Assembly: GCA_964574655.1 (NCBI GenBank)
Contig: CAZNOH010000001.1
Location: 265,852-329,851 of the forward strand
DNA: 64,000 nucleotides
DNA from: an uncultured Candidatus Saccharibacteria bacterium
Lineage (GTDB): Bacteria > Patescibacteriota > JABMPQ01 > JAQVVF01
Reading direction: 5' to 3'
Position numbers and translations under genes: made by a program. This document shows, in pieces, positions 59,502 through 64,000 of the stretch. Below the pieces are notes generated by a model that was not told where the DNA came from, did no database searches, and was given only the letters and a program-made list of their open reading frames with translations. Positions within the stretch are counted from its first letter, which is position 1. Each line of letters starts with the position of its first letter.

Positions 59502-59666
59502 TCCTTTTGTTTACCGAAAACTAGTTTTTCGGTTTTTTATTTATCACAAATCTCATGAATGCCGTGTGGCCACTAATTTCACAAATGTTTAGTCGCGAAT
59601 TATACTAATGAGATGATTGATTATCACTTCTTTTTATTGTAAGCTAGAAAGGTGAAATAAAAAATT

Positions 59667-59897
59667 ATGCTGATTAAAGTAAAAGTATTTCCGAATGAAA
59701 AAAAAGATGAGATAATAAAGAAGTCAGAAGATAGCTTTATTATCAAGGTAAAAGAAAAAGCAGAATTAGGCCAAGCAAATAAAGCAGTGATTTGGCTTTT
59801 GTCTTTACATTTTCAAATTCCGGGAAACAAATTTAGGATAATTAAGGGAGGGAAAGAAAGAAATAAGATAATTGAGATAATCACATATGGAAAATAA
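59667..59897 (+). CDS. DUF167 family protein
   Basis: IKVKV.P......I...V...A..G.AN.A...L...F......I..G...R.K. Confidence 0.85.
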   Translation: MLIKVKVFPNEKKDEIIKKSEDSFIIKVKEKAELGQANKAVIWLLSLHFQIPGNKFRIIKGGKERNKIIEIITYGK

Positions 59898-60996
59898 CAA
59901 AATGAAAATTTTGATTAGCAGTATTTCGGCTACTCCAAGCCCTTTTTATTTGTTGCGCGAAATGGCTTCAAGAAAATTTGACTCTTTGAAATTTTTGCGA
60001 AAAAAGAACAAAGCTTTGAAAGAGTTAAATAGCAAATTTTGGGGCGAAAATTTTTATGATGGTGTGGAGTTAAATTTTCCTGGCTTAGGTTTTTTTGATA
60101 GCAATTGGAATATAAAAAAGGATAGAGTGATGGAATACAAAAGAAGCAATTATCCTTTTTATTCTTTTCATGGTTGTTTTGATTCTTTTCCGAAAAATTT
60201 TAAAGGACTATATTTCAATCTAGCTTCTTCTGATAATTATGTATCAAAAGCTTTGAAGTCTCAGATTGATGTTGCAGCAAGACTTAGCAAAGATATGCCA
60301 ATTTTGGTTTTACATCCGGGCTTTGCTGATAAATGTAGCAAGGAAAGAGCGTTAGATAATTTGTTATTTAATTTAGAAGGAGCTCTTCCTTATGCGAGAA
60401 GAAGAAATGTGATTTTGACTTTGGAGAATATGAATTGGAATCCAGTGCGGAAAAATTTGGGATATTTTGCTGATGATTTTGATTATGTTTTTCGCAGATT
60501 AGATGATCCGAATCTGAAAGTAACGTTTGATATTGGGCACATGAATACTCAGGTTCTGAATAGGAAATTTAGAATCTGCCATGACATTGAAAATCTTTCG
60601 CATGTTTCAGAGTTTGTTGATAGGATGTCCAAAAGAATTATTCATGCTCATCTTCATTATAATAATTGCCATCATAATTTTGACAATATGTCAGAAATGT
60701 TGAAACGAAGTATTACGAAATGGTTTTATTTGGGTTTTATGCTGTGGATGAAGATAAATAGATCAATTATAGCTAATCAAAGTGATTTGTTTGATGAACA
60801 TTTACCGCTTAACAAAGCAGACAAGATAACAATGGATGCAATAAGTAATTTGTTAGATAAAACATCTATAAGAGAATATGGACGTTTAACTTTTGAGTTT
60901 ACGCCAAAGAAAATTTTTAAATTTGTGGCGATGAAAAACGGCGCTGATATGAAAGATCATTTAGCTAGTTTGCAGTTGTTAAGAAAGATGATTTAG
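59887..60996 (+). CDS. Sugar phosphate isomerase/epimerase (xylose isomerase-like TIM barrel)
   Basis: VLHPG, LENM, FDIGH, HAHLH, DEHLP, TFE. Confidence 0.75.
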   Translation: MENNKMKILISSISATPSPFYLLREMASRKFDSLKFLRKKNKALKELNSKFWGENFYDGVELNFPGLGFFDSNWNIKKDRVMEYKRSNYPFYSFHGCFDSFPKNFKGLYFNLASSDNYVSKALKSQIDVAARLSKDMPILVLHPGFADKCSKERALDNLLFNLEGALPYARRRNVILTLENMNWNPVRKNLGYFADDFDYVFRRLDDPNLKVTFDIGHMNTQVLNRKFRICHDIENLSHVSEFVDRMSKRIIHAHLHYNNCHHNFDNMSEMLKRSITKWFYLGFMLWMKINRSIIANQSDLFDEHLPLNKADKITMDAISNLLDKTSIREYGRLTFEFTPKKIFKFVAMKNGADMKDHLASLQLLRKMI

Positions 60997-61108
60997 TTAT
61001 AATTTAAAGTATTATTCTATTTATATATTATTAAATTGTTGCATTGCTAAATTGTTAAATAATTTTTATTTTAGCAATTTAATAATTTAATAATTAAACA
61101 ATTAAGCT

Positions 61109-61342
61109 ATGGCAAAAGTAAAAGTTTATAGTACGCCAACATGCCCTTACTGCGTGCAAGCAAAGGATTATTTAAAAAGCAAGGACGTTGAATATGAGGA
61201 AATTGATGTTGCTGTTGATGAAGCAGGCAGAAATGAAATGGTTGAAAAATCAGGACAAATGGGAGTGCCAGTAATTTTGATTGGTGAAGAATATATTGTT
61301 GGTTTTGATCGTGGAAAGATTGATGAATTGCTGGAAAAATAA
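61109..61342 (+). CDS. Glutaredoxin-like (NrdH/YruB) protein
   Basis: YSTPTCPYC, SGQMGVPV, VGFD. Confidence 0.92.
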   Translation: MAKVKVYSTPTCPYCVQAKDYLKSKDVEYEEIDVAVDEAGRNEMVEKSGQMGVPVILIGEEYIVGFDRGKIDELLEK

Positions 61343-61353
61343 AAATATAGAAA

Positions 61354-61450
61354 TTGTCATCCTGAATCGCAGTGCCTGCCTGCCGGTAGGCAGGAAGGAT
61401 TACGTTTTAATAAACAATTACGGGATTCTTCGCTTCGCTCAGAATGACAA
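61354..61450. repeat. Palindromic element with a nested second palindrome
   Basis: ttgtcatcctga...tcagaatgacaa arms enclosing cctgcctgccggtaggcagg (61375-61394). Confidence 0.75.
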
Positions 61451-61478
61451 ATATTTATTTTTAGGTTTTTAAATTACA

Positions 61479-62357
61479 ATGAGTAAGATTTTATTATTGT
61501 TGGCATTATTGGCGGTGCAAATAACTCCATCAGTTGGCGGTAATTTAGATATGCAAAAAAAGGTTGATGATTTAGGGCCGATCAAGAAAACAGAGAGTTT
61601 GGGAATGCAAATAACAGCAAAATCAGCGATTGTCTTAGATCGCAAAACAAAAAAAGTTTTGTATGAAAAAAATCCAAATCAAAGAATGGCAATGGCGAGT
61701 TTGACTAAGTTAATGACGGCAATCGTTTTTTTGGAGGAAAGCAAGAAAAAGCTTGATGAACGTTTTTTGGTGCCTTATGAAATTACGGTTTTAGATGGTG
61801 CTGGCATTGGATTAGTGCCTGGAGAAGAAATATCCTACAAGGATTTGTTTTGGGGAGCTTTGATTGGATCTGGAAATGATGCAGCAGAAGGACTAGCTTT
61901 AACTTTAGGCAACCGTAAGGAATTTATTGACAAAATGAATGAGAAAGCAAAAGAATTAGGGCTTTTAGATACTCATTTTGCTTGTGCATCAGGACTTGAT
62001 ACTGAAAATCATTATTCTACAGCTTCGGATATGGCGAAAATTTTGGATTATGCTTTAGGCATTAAAGAGATCAAAGAAGCAATGAAAGTAAAAGAATTTG
62101 ATGTTCATTCGTTGAACACAGATCTTGTTCACCATGTTTTGAATACAAATAGACTGCTTAGATATGATTATCCAAAAATGAAAGGCGGAAAAACTGGTTA
62201 TACTGAAGCTGCTGGTTTTTGCTTGGCTTCTTATTCTCTGGATGAGAAAGATAACGGAATTATTACTGTTGTGATGAATTCTGATTTGGATGGCAACCAG
62301 TTTCAAGATACAAAAGCATTGGTTGATTGGACGTATAATAATTATAAATGGAAATAA
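61479..62357 (+). CDS. D-alanyl-D-alanine carboxypeptidase (peptidase S11)
   Basis: ASLTK, SGN, KTGYT..AG.C. Confidence 0.9.
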   Translation: MSKILLLLALLAVQITPSVGGNLDMQKKVDDLGPIKKTESLGMQITAKSAIVLDRKTKKVLYEKNPNQRMAMASLTKLMTAIVFLEESKKKLDERFLVPYEITVLDGAGIGLVPGEEISYKDLFWGALIGSGNDAAEGLALTLGNRKEFIDKMNEKAKELGLLDTHFACASGLDTENHYSTASDMAKILDYALGIKEIKEAMKVKEFDVHSLNTDLVHHVLNTNRLLRYDYPKMKGGKTGYTEAAGFCLASYSLDEKDNGIITVVMNSDLDGNQFQDTKALVDWTYNNYKWK

Positions 62358-62399
62358 ATTGAGATTGAAAAATAAGCCAAAATATTTTATAATAATGAC

Positions 62400-63458
62400 A
62401 TGCAACATATACAAGATATAATTTTAGTGACAAATTCCGCAAAAGTTTTAATTATAACAGCAATAGCTTTTGTGACTGCAATTTTATTGACTCCTGTTCT
62501 GACCCATTTTTTGTATAAATATAAATTAGGCAAGAATATCAGAACTTCTGGAGCGCCAGTTTATACAAAATTGCATCAAAAAAAAGCAGGCACGCCAACG
62601 ATGGGTGGGATTTTGATTTGGGCTACGGTTTTGATTTTAATTCTTTTGTTTTTGATATTAAGCAAACTGTTTCCTGATTATTTTGGCTGGATGAATTTTA
62701 TGTCAAGATCAGAAACTTGGTTGCCATTATTTGCATTAATTATAACTGCATTAATTGGTCTTGTTGATGACTTGATGAATGTTTTTAAAATCGGTCCAAA
62801 AGGCGGAGGATTGAGGATACGGGCAAAGATTGTTTTGTATACTTTAGTGGCAACAATTGGAGCTTGGTGGTTTTATTACAAATTGGGATGGGATTCTTTG
62901 CATGTTCCAGGTGTCGGTGATTTTACAATTGGCTGGTGGTATTTTCCATTATTTGTTTTAGTGATTGTCGCAACTTCTTTTTCGGTTAATGAGTCGGATG
63001 GTTTGGATGGATTAGCTGGCGGAATTTTGCTGACTTGTTTCAGCGCTTATGCGGTTATTGCTTTTATGCAAGGCAAGGTTGATTTAGCTACTTTTTGCGG
63101 TGCTGTTGTTGGAGCTTTGCTAGCATTCTTGTGGTTCAATATTTATCCAGCAAGATTTTTTATGGGCGATACTGGTGCTTTTGGCTTAGGCACAACTTTG
63201 GGAGTAATTGCAATGCTGACTAATTCGGTTTTAGTATTGCCAATTATTGCTTTGCCTTTGGTTTTAGAATCTGGTTCAGTTATTATCCAAATGATTTCTA
63301 AAAAATTATTTAAGCATAAAGTTTTTATTTCAACTCCAATTCATCATCATTTTGAAGCATTAGGCTGGCCGGAAACAAAAGTAACAATGAGATTTTGGAT
63401 TATTGCAATTATATCGGCGGGATTAGGGTTGATTATAGGATTGATTGGAAGAGGCTAA
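62400..63458 (+). CDS. mraY: Phospho-N-acetylmuramoyl-pentapeptide transferase
   Basis: KAGTPTMGG, DD, N..DGLDGL, FMGDTG, PIHHHFE. Confidence 0.96.
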   Translation: MQHIQDIILVTNSAKVLIITAIAFVTAILLTPVLTHFLYKYKLGKNIRTSGAPVYTKLHQKKAGTPTMGGILIWATVLILILLFLILSKLFPDYFGWMNFMSRSETWLPLFALIITALIGLVDDLMNVFKIGPKGGGLRIRAKIVLYTLVATIGAWWFYYKLGWDSLHVPGVGDFTIGWWYFPLFVLVIVATSFSVNESDGLDGLAGGILLTCFSAYAVIAFMQGKVDLATFCGAVVGALLAFLWFNIYPARFFMGDTGAFGLGTTLGVIAMLTNSVLVLPIIALPLVLESGSVIIQMISKKLFKHKVFISTPIHHHFEALGWPETKVTMRFWIIAIISAGLGLIIGLIGRG

Positions 63459-63502
63459 AATTAATAACAAAATAACTAAATTAGAAATAACAAAATTTTT
63501 TT

Positions 63503-64000
63503 ATGCAAGAAAAAATAACTATTGGTGTTTTGTTTGGAGGAAGATCTGGTGAGCATGAGGTTTCTTTAGTTTCGGCAACTTCTGTTATTTCTAAATTAGA
63601 TAAAGAAAAATACGATGTTGTATCAATTGGCATTTCGAAAGAAGGCCATATTATTTATGGTGATAATGCAATGAAAAGATTAAAAGATGGGGAGCAGATT
63701 TTTGAAAGCGAAGTCATGATTTCTTGTGATCCTACAGATTCTGGTTTAATTGATTTAAAAAGCAGAGACGAGGCATTGTCTCGTCTTTACAAAAAAATTA
63801 AAATAGATTGTTATTTTCCTGTATTGCATGGAACATATGGCGAGGATGGAACAATGCAAGGATTATTAGATTTGAGTGGCGTTGCTTATGTTGGTGCAGG
63901 TGTAATTGGTTCCTCTTGCGGTATGGATAAAGTGGTGATGAAGAAATTGTTTAGACAGGCTGGATTAAATATTGTTGATGATTACGTGTTGATTCGTTCA
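63503..64000 (+). CDS. ddl: D-alanine--D-alanine ligase (3'-truncated by the window)
   Basis: VLFGGRSGEHEVSLVSA, FPVLHGTYGEDGTMQG, GMDK. Confidence 0.93.
   Translation, partial: MQEKITIGVLFGGRSGEHEVSLVSATSVISKLDKEKYDVVSIGISKEGHIIYGDNAMKRLKDGEQIFESEVMISCDPTDSGLIDLKSRDEALSRLYKKIKIDCYFPVLHGTYGEDGTMQGLLDLSGVAYVGAGVIGSSCGMDKVVMKKLFRQAGLNIVDDYVLIRS

Overview
AT-rich bacterial chromosome segment using genetic code 11. Gene content (DUF4012, GxxExxY, presenilin-like protease, baeRF, lexA-small ORF-dinB) and SD-less core genes point to a CPR/Patescibacteria (Parcubacteria-like) genome; this assignment is an inference. Housekeeping content: ackA, recJ, rnhA, rnpB, a surface-polysaccharide cluster with murJ, lepA, ftsB-like, prsA-like, two ABC systems, nnrD, lexA/dinB, dac, mraY and partial ddl. 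Four things stand out. (1) An 'arginine island' at about 36.4-44.6 kb: a ribosome-stalling attenuator with an Arg-Arg-Arg leader controls a 182-aa protein that aligns by eye with only the catalytic core of ArgRS, followed by argS, arginine deiminase, ornithine aminotransferase, citrulline hydrolase CtlX and a tandem operon of five tRNA-Arg isoacceptors (GCG, UCU, UCG, CCU, CCG). (2) A paralog family with a shared acidic N-terminal module and swapped C-termini (LRR-like, or a DGR-type variable C-terminus). (3) A pervasive set of short-period repeat hairpins at gene junctions, also inserted in-frame in proteins and in RNase P RNA; one carries a GxxExxY gene in its loop and several empty ones share a loop GACG. 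(4) Insertions at the 5' ends of lepA (LAGLIDADG endonuclease) and dinB (hairpin) that duplicate the gene start. All calls are from reading the sequence; no searches were run.
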